A DNA stretch of 64,000 nucleotides from the human T2T-CHM13v2.0 reference genome, Homo sapiens. The notes under the pieces were generated by a model. The model was not told the DNA's origin and ran no database searches. It was given only the letters and a program-made list of their open reading frames with translations. The position numbers were made by a program, and so were the translations under genes. The stretch lies in assembly GCF_009914755.1 (NCBI RefSeq), contig NC_060930.1; one strand, written 5' to 3'. Below, one piece after another: positions 42,983 to 56,760 of this stretch (position 1 is the stretch's first letter; each line of letters starts with the position of its first letter).

Positions 42983-45350
42983 AATGTGATAAGGGTTTTA
43001 GATTTCCAGTGATCAGTCCTTTTGTGATATTTGCATTTAAAAAGTTATCTCATTGTTGAATCCAAGTACCTAAGAAGTCAACTAACTCATTACAAAGAAA
43101 TGATAGGAAGAGAAGCAGAATATTTCTCAAAGGGATGGTGCACAAACGAAACCGTACATTTGGTTGTATGCCAGTTCTCAAGGAAATTCTAGATAGATAT
43201 TGAATTTAGACGTAGGAGTGACTAAGAATGCAAAAAAAAATATTAGAAAGAGGTGCCTTATAGATAACATAGTTAAAGGCAAACTGAAACAAGCAAAAGA
43301 GAAAACAAGATAGCTAGGAAAATAACAAAATAATTCATTTTAAAGCATGATAGTCTGTGGCTTTGTTTCATAAATCCAAGGTGAATTCAGAAGTCTTGGT
43401 GGAAGCTATTTCCTCCCAAAGTCTGTTTATAGAGGTTAACTTGAGGTCTTCACAGAGGACTTCATCTTCCATTTCTAGGATGGTTTATGCTTGACTGAAA
43501 GACATAGCTCCAAGAATAAACCCCTTGGATTTTTACTGTCCTGCTAATTGTTAACAGTACCTCAAGGGGTACTGTGCATCAGGGTTTCAGGGCTGTCTTT
43601 CTCTGATATAATTTCTAGAAGACCCATTCTCTAGGTTTCAGTTCATGTAAAGATAACTTAAGAGGCAGAAAGACAGCTCCCACCTGTTCACGGTAGGACT
43701 AAGTGTATTGCCTGAATCCCCAGCATTCTTTGGCCATGGCTGCTTGCAATCGTGTGGACATATTCCTAAGTCCAGATGGACACATACACTCCTGAATAAG
43801 TGGCAGAGCTTTTCAAAGCTCTTGCTAAGCCCCAGTAAAATGGGTTTTCCATCACTAAAGTGATAGATAAATAATTCCCAGGTTTGGGAACACAAAATAA
43901 AAAAATATATATTTTTGGCTACTGTTAGAGCTGTAAATGTCTGATGAAAGGCTTCAATCCAACTACAAATTAACAGATATTGATCAGGACATATTCAAAA
44001 GTCATCACAGAATGCATATATATGAAATCAATTTGGAAGGGTTCTGAGGCTTGGCTCTTGTCCACGTCCCATCTTTATAGCTTTTATTAGAATTGTGCTG
44101 TTGACATATGATTCATGTATCAGAGGACCCTTGACCATTTTGGTAAAGTTTTGCTGCTGATGTTGACTGAGTGTAGAGGCAAATATGTCCTTGCTAGGGT
44201 GGATAGTTCCATGTAAAATTTTGCAAACTTTCTTTGCTACTGAGGGCCATCCTTAAAGTGCCTGAAATCACCCCTGGGAAGTTTGCAACTACATATTTCC
44301 CAGTATCCTTTCTTTATGCTGGAGTCAAATCCTAGCCTTCTGAAATAGCTTCTTTGAACATACCCAAAGATTTGGCTTCTTAGGGTAGGATCCTTGTGAA
44401 GGCTGCCTGAACTCCTTTTGTACAAGTTCCTACCTTATTATAGCTACTGCCTTAAGAAGCATTAGCACACTCAAAATTCCTTTAATTTGCTAAACATTTT
44501 TATTTGAGATTTCTACAAAAGTCAAGAACCCCTGTTGGTTTGCAAAGCCTTCCAAAATTGTGAACTACTCCTAAAGCTTGTCCACTCTCAGTGTGTATTT
44601 TAGCTCATTTATCTTTAGCTAACTGACAAGCTCTGATGAGAGCATTAAGTTTTAGCACCTGGTAGATTTTGCTTCTATAAGGAGTCATATTTTAGGAACA
44701 ATATGAGACCTGATACAGTAGGTTTTACCTAAAATTATATTTTTCTGTTTAGTCTTAAGATATGGTCCATCAACAAACAAAACTAAATCTTGATTTCCTA
44801 GTGTAGTTTCTCGCATATCTATTCAGGGAATAGATAGTTTGAAAAGAGAGGTTAGAGAGTCATAGGTGTCCCTGTTTTAAAGAAAATGAAAGAAGAGTTG
44901 CAAAATTCAGTAATTAATAGAGATATGCAAATAAAGAGAGAGAAATAGAACTTCTAGGAGGTAAGCTTACTTACTGATAGTTATCGTTTATTTTCAGTGA
45001 GAGACAAAGACCAGATATTGGGAGGGACCATCAAGTTTAAAGAACTTTCTAAAAATCAAGTGAACAGAGTCTCCCTAGTTTAGCTGCTGTGGCTATCACC
45101 CTTAGGCAAGGTGAGTAGACTTTTGCCACTGAGATAAGAGAGAAACTGTAGTGAGCTTTTGGTCTCTGATTATTCACAAGAAGTTGAATTAGAACACACA
45201 GGGCTTATTCAAATCTCTCACATTATATATGAATAGACAAGTTTATGATAATTAGGTTGGCATAGAATGAGATGTTATTGAAGAGTTAATTTTAACTTTT
45301 GAAAGGAGTGTTTGTGTTGGGGTTCTCAGAGAAGAGCTTTGGTTACCAAG

Positions 45351-47686
45351 GGATATAGTTTGGCTCTGTGTCCCCACCCAAATCTCGTCTTGAATTGTAA
45401 TCCCCATATGTGGAGGGAGGGACCTGGTTGGAGGTGATGGATCATGGAGAAGATTTCCCCCATGCTGTTCTCATTATAGTGAGTAAGTTCTCATGAGATC
45501 TGATGGCTTAAAAGTGTTTGGCACTTCCTCCCTGTCTCTCCTGCTGCCCTGTAAGACGTGCCTTGCTTCCCCTTCATCTTCAGCCATGATTGTAAGTTTT
45601 CTGAAGCCTCCCCAGCCATGCAGACCTGTGAGTCCATTAAACCTCTTTCCTTTATAAATTACACAGTCTTAGATAGCTTTTTATAGCAGTATGAAAATAA
45701 ACTAATACAGAAAATGTTTACCAGCAGAGTGGGTCACTGTTATAAAGATACCTGAAAATGTGGAAGTGACTTTGGAACTGGGTAACAGGCAGAGGCTGAA
45801 ACAGTTTGGAAGGCTTAGGAAGATGAGGAAAGTTTGAAACTTCCTAGAGACTTGTTGAATGGTTGTGACCAAAATGTTGATAGTGATACATACAATGAAG
45901 TCCAGGCCGAGGCAGTCTTATATGGAGATGAGGAACTTATTAGGAACTGGAGTAAACCTCACTCTTGCTATGCTTTAGGAAACAGACTGACGGCATTTTG
46001 CCCCTGCCCTAGAGATCTGTGGAATTTGAATTGAAAAAAAATGATTTAGGGTATCTGGCAGAATAAATTTCTAAGCAGCAAAGCATTCAAGAAATGATTT
46101 GGCTTTTTCTGAAGCGTACAATCATATGTGTTCACAAAGAGATGATCTGAAATTGGAACTTGTATTTAAAAGGGAAGCAGAACATAGACGTTTGGAAAAT
46201 TTGCAGCCTGACCATGTGGTAGAAAAGAAAAATCCATTTTCCAGGGAAAAATTCTAGCCACTGCAGAAATTTGCATAAGTAACAAGGAGCTGAATGTTAA
46301 TTGCCAAAATAATGGGGAAAATGTCTCCAGGGCATGTTAGAGATCTTCTCAGCAGCTCCTCCCATCACAGGTCCAGAGGCATAGGAAGGAAAAATGGTTT
46401 CATGGGCTGGGCTCAGGGCCCCACTGCTCTGTGCAGCCTCAGGACATGGTGCCCTGTGTCCCAGGTGCTCTAGCTCAGCCATGACTAAAAGGGGCCAAGG
46501 TACACCTCAGACCATTGCTTCAGAGGATTCAAGCCCAAAGTCTTGGTGGCTTCCATGTAGTCTTGGGCCTTGGGTGTGCAGAAGCTAAGAGTTGGGGTTT
46601 GGGAACCTTCACCTAGATTTCAGAGGATGTACAGAAATGCCTGGATGTCCAGACAGAAGTCTGTGCAGGGATGGAGCCCTTATGGAGAACCTATCCTAGG
46701 GCAGTGTGGAGGAAAAATACGGAGTTGGAGCCCCCATGCAGAGTCCCCACTGAGGCACTGCATAGTGGAGCTGTGAGAAGAGGGCCACCATTCTCCAGAC
46801 CCCAGAATGGTAGATCAACTGACAGCTTGCACTGTGTGCTTGGACAAGCTGCAGGCACTCAATAGCAGCCCATGAAGGCAGCTGTAGGGGCTGTACCCTG
46901 CAGAGCTGCAGAGCAGAGCTGTCCAAGGCCTTGGGAGCCCACCCCTTGCATCAGTGTGCCCTGGATGTGAGACATAAAGTCAAAGGAGATCATTTTGGAG
47001 CTTTAAGATCTAATGACTACCCTGCTGGATTTCAGACTTGCATGGGCCTGTAGCCCCTTTGTTTTGGCCAAGTTTTCTTAATTGGAATAGAAACATTTAC
47101 CCAATGCCTATACCCCCATTGTATCTTGAAAGTAACTAACTTGCTTTGGATCTTACAGGCACATAGGTGGAAGGAACTTGCCTTGTCTCAGAGAAGACTT
47201 TGGACTTGGACATTGGTGTTAATTCTGGAATGAGTTTAGACTTTGGGGGACTGCTGAGGAGGCATGATTTCCTCTTGAAATGTGAGGATATGAGATTTGG
47301 GAGGGGCCCAGGGTGGAATATTACTGTTTGACTCTGTGTTCCCACCCAAATGTCATTTCAAATTTTAATCTTCATGTGTTGAGGGAGGAATCTGGTGGGA
47401 GGTGATTGGATCATGGGGATGGTCTCCCCCATGCTGTCCTCATGATAGTAAGTGAGTTCTTATGAGATCCGATGGTTTAAAGGTATTTGGCAGTTCACCT
47501 CTCTCTTTCTCTCTTCTCTGCTGCCATGTAAGACATGCCTCACTTCTCCTTCACCTTCCACCATAATTGTAAGTTTCCTGAAGTCTCCGCAGCCATGTGT
47601 AACTGTGAGTCAATTAAACCTCTTTCCTTTATAAATTACCCAGTCTCAGCTAGTTCTTTATAGCACTGTAAAAACAGACTAATACA
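45351..47686 (+). mobile_element. Full-length THE1D/MSTA-type MaLR (LTR 45351-45709, internal, LTR 47319-47686)
   Basis: Two homologous ~360-bp LTRs flank a ~1.6-kb MaLR internal region (gactttggaactgggtaacaggcagagg...). Confidence 0.92.
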
Positions 47687-47989
47687 TCAGGGATTTGGTT
47701 AAGCCATACAATGAAGTGGGATTTTAGGAAAGCTGGTAACTCCTGTATCCAGTGAGATCCAGGAATCCTCTTGTTTCTTAGTTACTTATCTGGAAAAGTT
47801 TTGAAAGGCCAAGTCTGTTAAGAGAGGACTTGAGAAAAGTCATATTCGAGGTAATGAACTTTACTTTGACAAAATTGTAACTTCTCTTTGGAAAACTTAT
47901 GCCCTCTCTGAAAACAGCAAGCAGATACATGGAATCAATCTTAGAGCCCACCTCATCCTTAGAAAAAAACAAAAGGTCAACCACATATT

Positions 47990-48700
47990 TGAAACCACTT
48001 TTGCAAAATTGTGACAGTAAGAGAAATCTGATATCATTGGCTCCATCTTGGTTCTGACCTCCAAGCTGTTCTTAATCATTCCTGGGTGTAGACCAAGCTA
48101 ACTTTGGGAGGAATTTAGTTTATAGTTTAACCTTAAAGCAGGGATGATAACAGTTCTTACCAAAACTAAACTGTCTTGTAAAAATTAAGGAAAGGCCACA
48201 ATATTAGGATTATGAGAGGGGCCTAAATTCTGATAAGATGTAAGTGTAGCTTCTATAACCCCTTACTGCTTAGGAGTCGTACGTCCAGAGGCTACAAGAT
48301 TTGTGGCTTTCTGAATTGCTCCTGTAGATAACATCTGAAAACCAGAGATTGATTTTCTTGACATCTTTTTCAGACTGATCCCACTGGACTCATGACTTAT
48401 GACTCAGCTGGTCCTGTGGCCCCACTCAGAGGTGCACTTAGTGCATGAGGACTGTTTGCCATACCCCTATTTCATCCCAAACTGACAAGCAGCAGCCATT
48501 CCCTAGCCCTCTGTCCACCAACTTGTCCAAAGATACCCTAACTTTTGATCCTTCAGAGAGACTGGTTTGAGTGATAACTCCAGTTCTCCCATGTAGGCCA
48601 GTCATGCATCAATTAAACTCTTTCTCTACTGCAACACCATGATATTGGTCAATTGGTTTTCTCTGTGTACTGGGTGAGAAGAATCCATCAGGTGATTACA
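47990..48700 (+). mobile_element. LTR8-family (ERV1) solo LTR
   Basis: tgaaaccacttttgcaaaatt...ctccatcttgg...ctaactttgggaggaatttagtttatagttta...ggtgattaca; flanks tatt/tgtt. Confidence 0.85.
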
Positions 48701-48997
48701 TGTTGGATAAGAACAAAATGACAGGAACATTTAAAGTCATTGAGGTTGCGATTGAAGACTTGTGAAGAGTAGGAGAGTGTCTCAATAACTTCCTTGGCCA
48801 CAATAGTTAGAGTATTGTTTTTTCCAGGAGAAACCAAACAGGTACTGACTATTTTGACCTAAAGGGACACTAAAACAAACAGAATGCAGACTTGCTACTG
48901 TAAAATTGTTAGCCTCAGAAGCCACATAAAATAAAATAGTATCTGAGTTTGCCACTACAAGGTAACAGGGAATAACTATCCCGATATCTTCAACAAA

Positions 48998-49023
48998 TAT
49001 GTGTATATATATTTGTGTGTGTG

Positions 49024-49065
<42 letters not shown>

Positions 49066-49134
49066 CGGGTATATATATATATGTGTGTGTATATATATGT
49101 GTGTATAAATATATGTGTGTGTGTATATATATAT
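48998..49134. repeat. (TG)n/(TA)n microsatellite
   Basis: Direct reading. Confidence 0.95.
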
Positions 49135-49473
49135 CCCCAAGGGTCCTCCTATTCATAATAATTGCATAGCTAATTTGAATATTGATTTACCAATGTCTGT
49201 GTATCTCAATGAAGCCCACATTGCAGATCTGAAGGAGGTATCAGCGTTTAACCAACAAATGTTCTAGCATTTGTAGACAGCATTATTGGGGCTGAGCCCA
49301 TCAAGGTTAAGGCTGTGCCATTTAAACCTCAACTCAAACTTGTACAATATCCTCTTAACCAGAGGTTAAAGAAGGATTATAACCAATAGTCAAAAGCCTA
49401 AGAGAGAAAGGACTCATCGTACATTGTAGCATTCCTTATAATATTCTTATCATCCCTGTTAAAAACCCAGAAG

Positions 49474-49540
49474 ACACACACAGCCCCCACCGCCACACAC
49501 ACACACATGCACACAAACACACCTATGTGTATATACACAT
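49474..49540. repeat. (CA)n-rich microsatellite
   Basis: Direct reading. Confidence 0.85.
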
Positions 49541-50098
49541 CCGAGGGTGACATTTATGGACTGGAACACAAGGAATGTCTGACAATTGTTAGAGACACCC
49601 ACCACCTGAGTAGTTTGTTCACATCAAAAGTGAGGTTGCATAACAGAGACAGAGTTTCAGTTTAATAGCAGCATCTCTATCAATACAACAAATTGCAAGG
49701 TTTCCCTTTAATGTTTAGAGAAATTTCTCCTTGTGAGTTTCAGGGTAAAACAGGAAATTCAGTGTTTGCTTCCTCCTTGGAGTACCCTCATTGATCATCC
49801 ACTTTATTTTTCTCCTGTAGTTTCTTAGCAAACACAAAACTATTCTTTTTCTAATGTCTTTCTGCTTACAGTAACTACCCATGACTTCATCAGAAGCTCC
49901 CTTTGCCCATATAAAATGATGGGTATGGGAGCATCTAGATGTATTTTTTTTTTCCTGTAAAGCCATAAATTTATCCTGAGTATTATTCTGTTTTTGGAAT
50001 AAGCCTTTTTCAAAATGTTCAATGAGGGATTGAAAGCCTGATAAAAGAACTATTTCCCAGTCCCACTTTCACTTTCAGATTAGATCCCCTATTTCTAG

Positions 50099-50941
50099 TG
50101 TTGATGAAAAGAGTCAAACTCTGTAAAATATTTGTAGAGATTTATTCTGACCCAAATATGAGTGACCACAGCCTGTGACACAGCCCCCGGAGATCCTGAA
50201 AACATGTGCTCAAGGTAGTCAGGCAACAGATTGGTTTTACACATTTTAGGGAGACATAAGACATCAATCAATACATGTAAGATGTACATTGTTTCGTTCC
50301 AGAAAGGTAGCACAACTGGAAGCAGGGCCTTCCAGGTCATAGGTGGATTCAAAGATTTTCTGATGGGCAGTTGGTTGAAAAAGTTTATCTAAAGACCTAG
50401 AACCAATAGAAGGGATTGTTGGGGTTAAGATGAGTGGTTATAGAGACCATGGTTCTTATTATACAGATGAAGTCTCCAGAGAGAATAGATTGTAAAAATT
50501 TCTTATCAGACTTGAAAAGATGCCAGACTGTTAGTTAATTCTCGCCTGGATCAGGAAAAAGACTTGGAAAGGGAAAGGAATTCTCTACAGCATGTAAAAT
50601 TTCCCCACAAGAGACAGCTTTGCAGGGCAATTTCAAAATATGTCAAAGAAATATATTTGGGGTTAAAATACTTTGATTTCTATCAGGGCCTGCTATCTGT
50701 CGTATTGGTATTTTACTGCTACAAAGAGTCTGTTTTGCCAGTCTTAAGGTCTCTTTTAATGTTAATGCTAATCAGCTGTGCCTGAATTCCAACAGGCGAA
50801 GGATGTAATGAGACATATCTGACGCTCTCTTTCCCATCATGGCCTGAAGTACTGTTCAGGTTTACTTTAGGATGCCCTTGGCTGAGAGGAGGGGTCCATT
50901 CAAGTTGGTTGGGGGGCTTAGAATTTTATTTTTGATTTACT
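50099..50941 (-). mobile_element. MER4D/E-like ERV1 solo LTR
   Basis: tgttgatgaaaagagtcaaactctgt...ggggggcttagaattttatttttgatttac; 4-bp TSD ctag at 50095-50098 and 50942-50945. Confidence 0.85.
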
Positions 50942-50973
50942 CTAGTTTAAGACTATTGACAAAAAGTGGGGAG

Positions 50974-51918
50974 TGTAGGGGAGGAAAAATCTTTCCTTCT
51001 ACATTTTTCAGTTCTCAGCTGGGCATTTTGTTACAAAAGACAGATTAACAAGAGAAAAACCAAGCAAGGTTTGTTTACATGTATATTTCATACATACATG
51101 GGACAAAGTCTGGGAAGACTAATTCTAAGAGGTGTTTAGAACTTGGGCTTTAATATCTTCTTTAGCTTAAACAAAGAAAGATGGGTTTGAGGGAGGCAAG
51201 TTTTGGAACGATGACCAGAAATGGCATGGTAAACACGAGTAAGATTTGTTATGCAGATTTAATTCCCAGACTTCTCCATTGGTGACAGTCTGACAGTCTC
51301 TTGTGATGTAGGTTATACTTCTCTTCCTGGTACAGAGAGGGAAACACGCTTAGATATGGAGATTTTACCTATATATGTAAATCTTCCTTTCAAAGGGTAA
51401 CTGGTAATTCTATTTTCAGAGCTTCTCCTGTGTCTAACTTTTCTAAAAATATCAGCTCAAAATAACCCTTATGGTCAAGAGGCATACAGATGATCTTTGA
51501 TTTACAATAGGGGTTCATCTCGTTAAACTCATTGTAAGTTGAAAATGTCCTAAGTCAAAAATCCATCTAATACACCTCACCTACTGAACATCATAGATTA
51601 GCCTGGCCTACCTAAACGTGCTCATAACACTTACATTAGCCTAGAGTTGAGTAAAATTATCTAACACAAAGCCTATTTTATAATAAAGTGTTGAATACCT
51701 CCTGTAATTTATTGAATACTGTACTGAAAGGGAAAAACAGAATGGCTGTATGGGTAATAGAAGTACAGTATCTATTGAATGTGTATCACTTTTGCACCAT
51801 TGTAAAGTCCAAAAATCATAAGTAGAACCAATGTAAGTCAGGGACTGTCTGCATTGGGGGTGGTATATTCTAATCTCCTACAGTCATACTTCAGGGTGGC
51901 ATTTTCTGGCCACCTACA
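50974..51918 (-). mobile_element. MER34/MER39-group ERV1 LTR, interrupted by MER47A
   Basis: tgtaggggaggaaaaa...acaaaagacagattaacaagagaaaaac...ggggtggtatattct...ctaca. Confidence 0.65.
51487..51851 (+). mobile_element. MER47A-like Tigger DNA transposon
   Basis: ta|cagatgatctttgatttacaat...gtaagtcagggactgtctg inverted termini; 365 bp. Confidence 0.85.
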
Positions 51919-52433
51919 GTCACAAAGCTGATGGACATCTACCTTGGGATATACCCCTGCATTCTGTCTAAAGGTGGTAAAGAACCTGCCATTGAAGTAT
52001 AAAATAAACTCGTCCTTTCTCTGCCTACAGTTCTATCAGAGTCCAGCCTATTTTCACAAGAAAGCTTTTGGGGATAGCCTCCAAAAGACTGTGTTCAACA
52101 CCTCTAGCTTTTTAAAAAACCCTCTAGATTCCTATGCAATTGAGGCTATTTTGGGGTTACCCTTGAGATCTTCCTGTTCTGCCTATTCTTTTAATTTTCT
52201 GCATCTGAATTTCCACTAATCACTTAGTTAATTGGTACAGAACTGGACACACTGGCTTGTTTGTTTCTAAAACTATTCTACATTCCTCTGCAAATTTCTA
52301 GGCTTTAGAAACTTTCTGAAAATGGCTGTCAGCTCAGACTGAGACCAGAACTCAAAATCAACCATAAGAAGTGAAGGAAACCAAAGTATTTCACCCCAAA
52401 ATGTGGCTTCCTGGTATAATGTGTATTTGGATT

Positions 52434-52845
52434 TTTCATGCGTGTCCATGTGAAGAGACCACCAAACAGGCTTTGTGTGAGCAATAAAGCTGTTTATTTC
52501 ACCTGGGTGCAGGTGGGTTGAGTCCGAAAAGAGAGTCAGCGAAGGGAGATAGGGGTGGGGCCATTTTATAGGATTTAGGTAGGTAAAGGAAAATTACAGT
52601 CAAAGGGGGTTGTTCTCTGGCGGGCAGAGTGGGGGTCACAAGGTACTCAGTGGCAGAGCTTTTGAGCCAGGATGAGCCAGGAGAAGGAATTTCACAAGAC
52701 AATGTCATCAGTTAAGGCAGGAACAGGCCATTTTCACTTCTTTTGTGGTGGAATGTCATCAGTTAAGGCAGGAACTGGCCATCTGGATGTGTACGTGCAG
52801 GTCACAGGGGATATGATGGCTTATCTTGGGCTCAGAGGCCAGACA
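52434..52845 (-). mobile_element. LTR7 (HERV-H) solo LTR, 412 bp
   Basis: Reverse complement reads TGTCTGGCCTCTGAGCCCAAG...CCTGCCTTAACTGATGACATT (x2)...GGTCTCTTCACATGGACACGCATGAAA; 5-bp TSD ggatt at 52429-52433 and 52846-52850. Confidence 0.95.
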
Positions 52846-52863
52846 GGATTAAAGGTCATTAAA

Positions 52864-53165
52864 GGACAAGAGTGGTGGCTCATGCCTGTAATCCCAGCAC
52901 TTTGGGAGGCCCAGGTGTGCAGATCATTTGAGGTCAGGAGTTTAAGACCAGCCTGACCAACATGTTGAAACCTCATCTCCACTAAAAATACAAAAAAATT
53001 AGCTGGGCGTGGTGGTGCATGCCTGTAGTTCTAACTACTCTGGAGGCCAAGGCAGGAGAATCACTTGAACCCAGGTGGCAGAGGTTGTAGTGAGCTGAGA
53101 TCATGCCACTGCACTGCAGCCTGGGTGACCGAGTGAGACTTCATCTCAAAAATAAATAAATAAAG
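52864..53165 (+). mobile_element. Alu (AluS-like)
   Basis: Full dimer with A-rich tail. Confidence 0.93.
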
Positions 53166-54077
53166 AACCTTCAAGTTCAACAGATGCCAGAAGAGACTTC
53201 TGCCCATCTATATAAAGACCAGAGGGTTGAACCAAGGAGGACAATTATTTTTCTTCCCCCTCCTTGTTATTTCATATCATTATTTCCTGCAGAAAAAGAG
53301 ATTGAAGAATGTAACCACACCTGGACAGACTCTTTCACAAGATAATGTCTGTCTCTCAGGCTCATTCAATTTTCAAAGAGAACCATTTATAAATTAACCT
53401 CTGTTCCCCAACCCATTCATTCTCCCTAGTAATCATTCATTGACCCTCATCAGCATTACTTTTATTCCCTTCCTACACCCTGCCCTCTAGTAAAAGGCTA
53501 TATAAGTATCTGGGTCCCACTGGAATATGTGGTTGGTAATCACTCCGTGGTCCTCCCCTATGCATGTTAATATATTTGCATGCCTTTTCTCCTTTTAATC
53601 TGCCTTTTGTTAGTTGATTTTCAGCCAGCCTTCAGAGGGTGAAGGAGAAGTTTTCCCTTGGCCGCTACAGAAGCTTTCCCTTTTCTGTGGAAAAATTTAA
53701 GAGCTGGTTGAGCTTTGGGGGTTTCTGGCTACTTGGGAGGGAAGGGCAGTGTGTCAGACAGAGAGATAGGAGCAGAGGGAAATGGGGGTGTGTAGTGCAG
53801 TGGAAAAGCAATGGCACAATAAAGGCATTAGGTTCATCATGTGATTTGAGAGTATCGAAAAGGGAGATTGTTTTATGTTTTTCACATTTTCTTATGTTTT
53901 GGCCAAGAATGTTCTTAGGCAAACAATTTTGAAATTGGAATTCCTTTTAAATGCTTCCTTATACCAATAAAAATTTACAGACAATTGGATGTTTGAAATT
54001 TTGGTTCCCATTAATTCTAAGGTTGCTTGTAAATGAACAATTTTGATTATATCAAACTTCTCCCAAAATGACCATTG

Positions 54078-54612
54078 TACAGTCTGCCCCCCATACCCAC
54101 AGGTTTCAAGACTGTTGGTTCCACATCTGTGGATCCAGCCAACCACAGGGAGAAAATATCTGAAAAATATAGCATTAAAAAGTACAATAAAATTAATATA
54201 GTCCAGATGTGGTGGCTCACACTTGTAATATCAACACTTTGGGAGGCTGAGGTGGGAGGATCGCTTGAGCTGAGGAGTTTGAGACCAGCCTGGGTAACAT
54301 GGTGAAATCCTGTTTCTACAAAAAGTACAAAAATTGGCTGGGCATGGTGGTGTGCATCTGTAGTCTCAGCTACTGTGGAAGCTGAGGTGGGGGGATCACT
54401 TGAACCTGGGAGGTGGGTAGTATAAAAACTATTTACATAGCATTTACATTGTATTAGGTATTATAAGTAGTTTAGAGATTAAAATTTTACAGGAGGATGT
54501 GCATTGGCTATATGAAATAGTAGACCCTTTTAAATAAGGTACTTGAGCATCTGTGGATTTTTTTATCTGCAGGGTCCTGGAATCAACCACCACAGACCAA
54601 GGAACAAATATA
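54078..54612 (+). mobile_element. MER2-like Tigger DNA transposon containing a truncated Alu (54200-54415)
   Basis: tacagtctgccccc...ggttccacatctgtggat...catagcatttacattgtattaggtattataagta...gggtcctggaatcaa. Confidence 0.8.
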
Positions 54613-54728
54613 ATGATAAATTATCCTTGGGGAATATGACATTTTGAAAACTAAACTCATGATCTGAAGTTGGAATGTAAGAAATCTGAGGCAGATTTCT
54701 TACACTCAAACTACAGAACTGGCCCAGA

Positions 54729-55666
<938 letters not shown>

Positions 55667-55946
55667 CAGATGAGATGCGGACAGACAGATATGTGACTGA
55701 GACAAACCCTGGGAATCTTGGAACTGTTGGTCAAAGTGTAGTTTGTGTATCTCATGGCTCAAGCCTCCCAGCCTAAAGGCCAGACTGTCTTGACTGCAAA
55801 CCTGACTAATTAGGGAATACAGAAAGGCTTGGAGAAAAGAACTTTTCCAGAATTAGACTTCTGTGGACAAAACAAGATGAGACTAGGGAAAGTTCTCATA
55901 AGGTTTGTGTAGTGATCTGGGACAAAGTTTGTTCAAACAACAAAAC

Positions 55947-56760
55947 TGAAAACACCTTTGCAAAGATGATGACAGTGAGAGAAGTTTAGTGTGGCTGACT
56001 GCACCTTGCTTCCAGCCTCATAGGCTGGCTGTCCTTGTTCATCCCTGGGCATAGGCCAAGCTAACTACGGGAGGAATTTAGTTGCTAGTTTAACTGTACA
56101 GCAGGGATGATAATAGTCCTTCCCTAAAACTGATACCCTCCTTGTTCAGGGACTGAATTTCCCTTCGTAAAACTAATGAAAGGCCACAAGATTAGGGTTA
56201 TGGAAGAGGCCTGAATTCTGTTAAAATGTAGGTGTAGTTAAATGATAACTAGCCTTTGTCTCCTAACTTGCTTTTCTACAATCCCTTACTGCTCAGAGTC
56301 ATGTGGGCAGAGGTCACAAGATTTGTGACTTTGCCAGTTGATCCTACATATAACATCATGATTGTAGAACCTAATACTGGTATTTTGAGATGTATTTCAG
56401 ACTTTTGCATTCTGGCAACTGACTGACCCCATCAGGACTTGTGACTCATGACTTCATGGTTCCTGTCCCCACCCCCAACCACCAACCAGAGGTCAACTCA
56501 GAGTGCAAGGACATTTTCCACACCCTTATGGTTCATCCCCAACCAATCAGCAGCGCCTATTCTCTAGCCCCCTGCCCACCAAATTATCCATAAAAGCCCT
56601 GGTCTCTGAGCTCCTGGGGAGACTGATTTGAGCAATAACTCCAGTCCTTTGGCTTGCCCAGCCTTATGTTAGTTAAATTCTTTCTTTACTGCAATAATGC
56701 TGTTCTAGTGAATTGGGTTTATCTGTGCAGCAGGCAGGAAGAACCCCTTGGGTGATTACA
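55947..56760 (+). mobile_element. LTR8-family (LTR8A/B-like) solo LTR
   Basis: tgaaaacacctttgcaaag...ggccaagctaactacgggaggaatttagtt...gggtgattaca. Confidence 0.85.

Larger units (their letters stand above)
52372..53669 (+). mobile_element. MER34-group ERV1 LTR hosting LTR7 and an Alu
   Basis: tgaaggaaaccaaagtatttcaccccaaaat...ttttcccttggccgctaca; 4-bp TSD gaag at 52368-52371 and 53670-53673. Confidence 0.75.

Noticed and set aside
51944-52219. Plus-strand ORF CLQFYQSPAYFH as an RT LPQG..SP motif
   Set aside because: The minus strand gives a better, collinear capsid/MHR match (LLEAIPK..CRQRKDE..RF).
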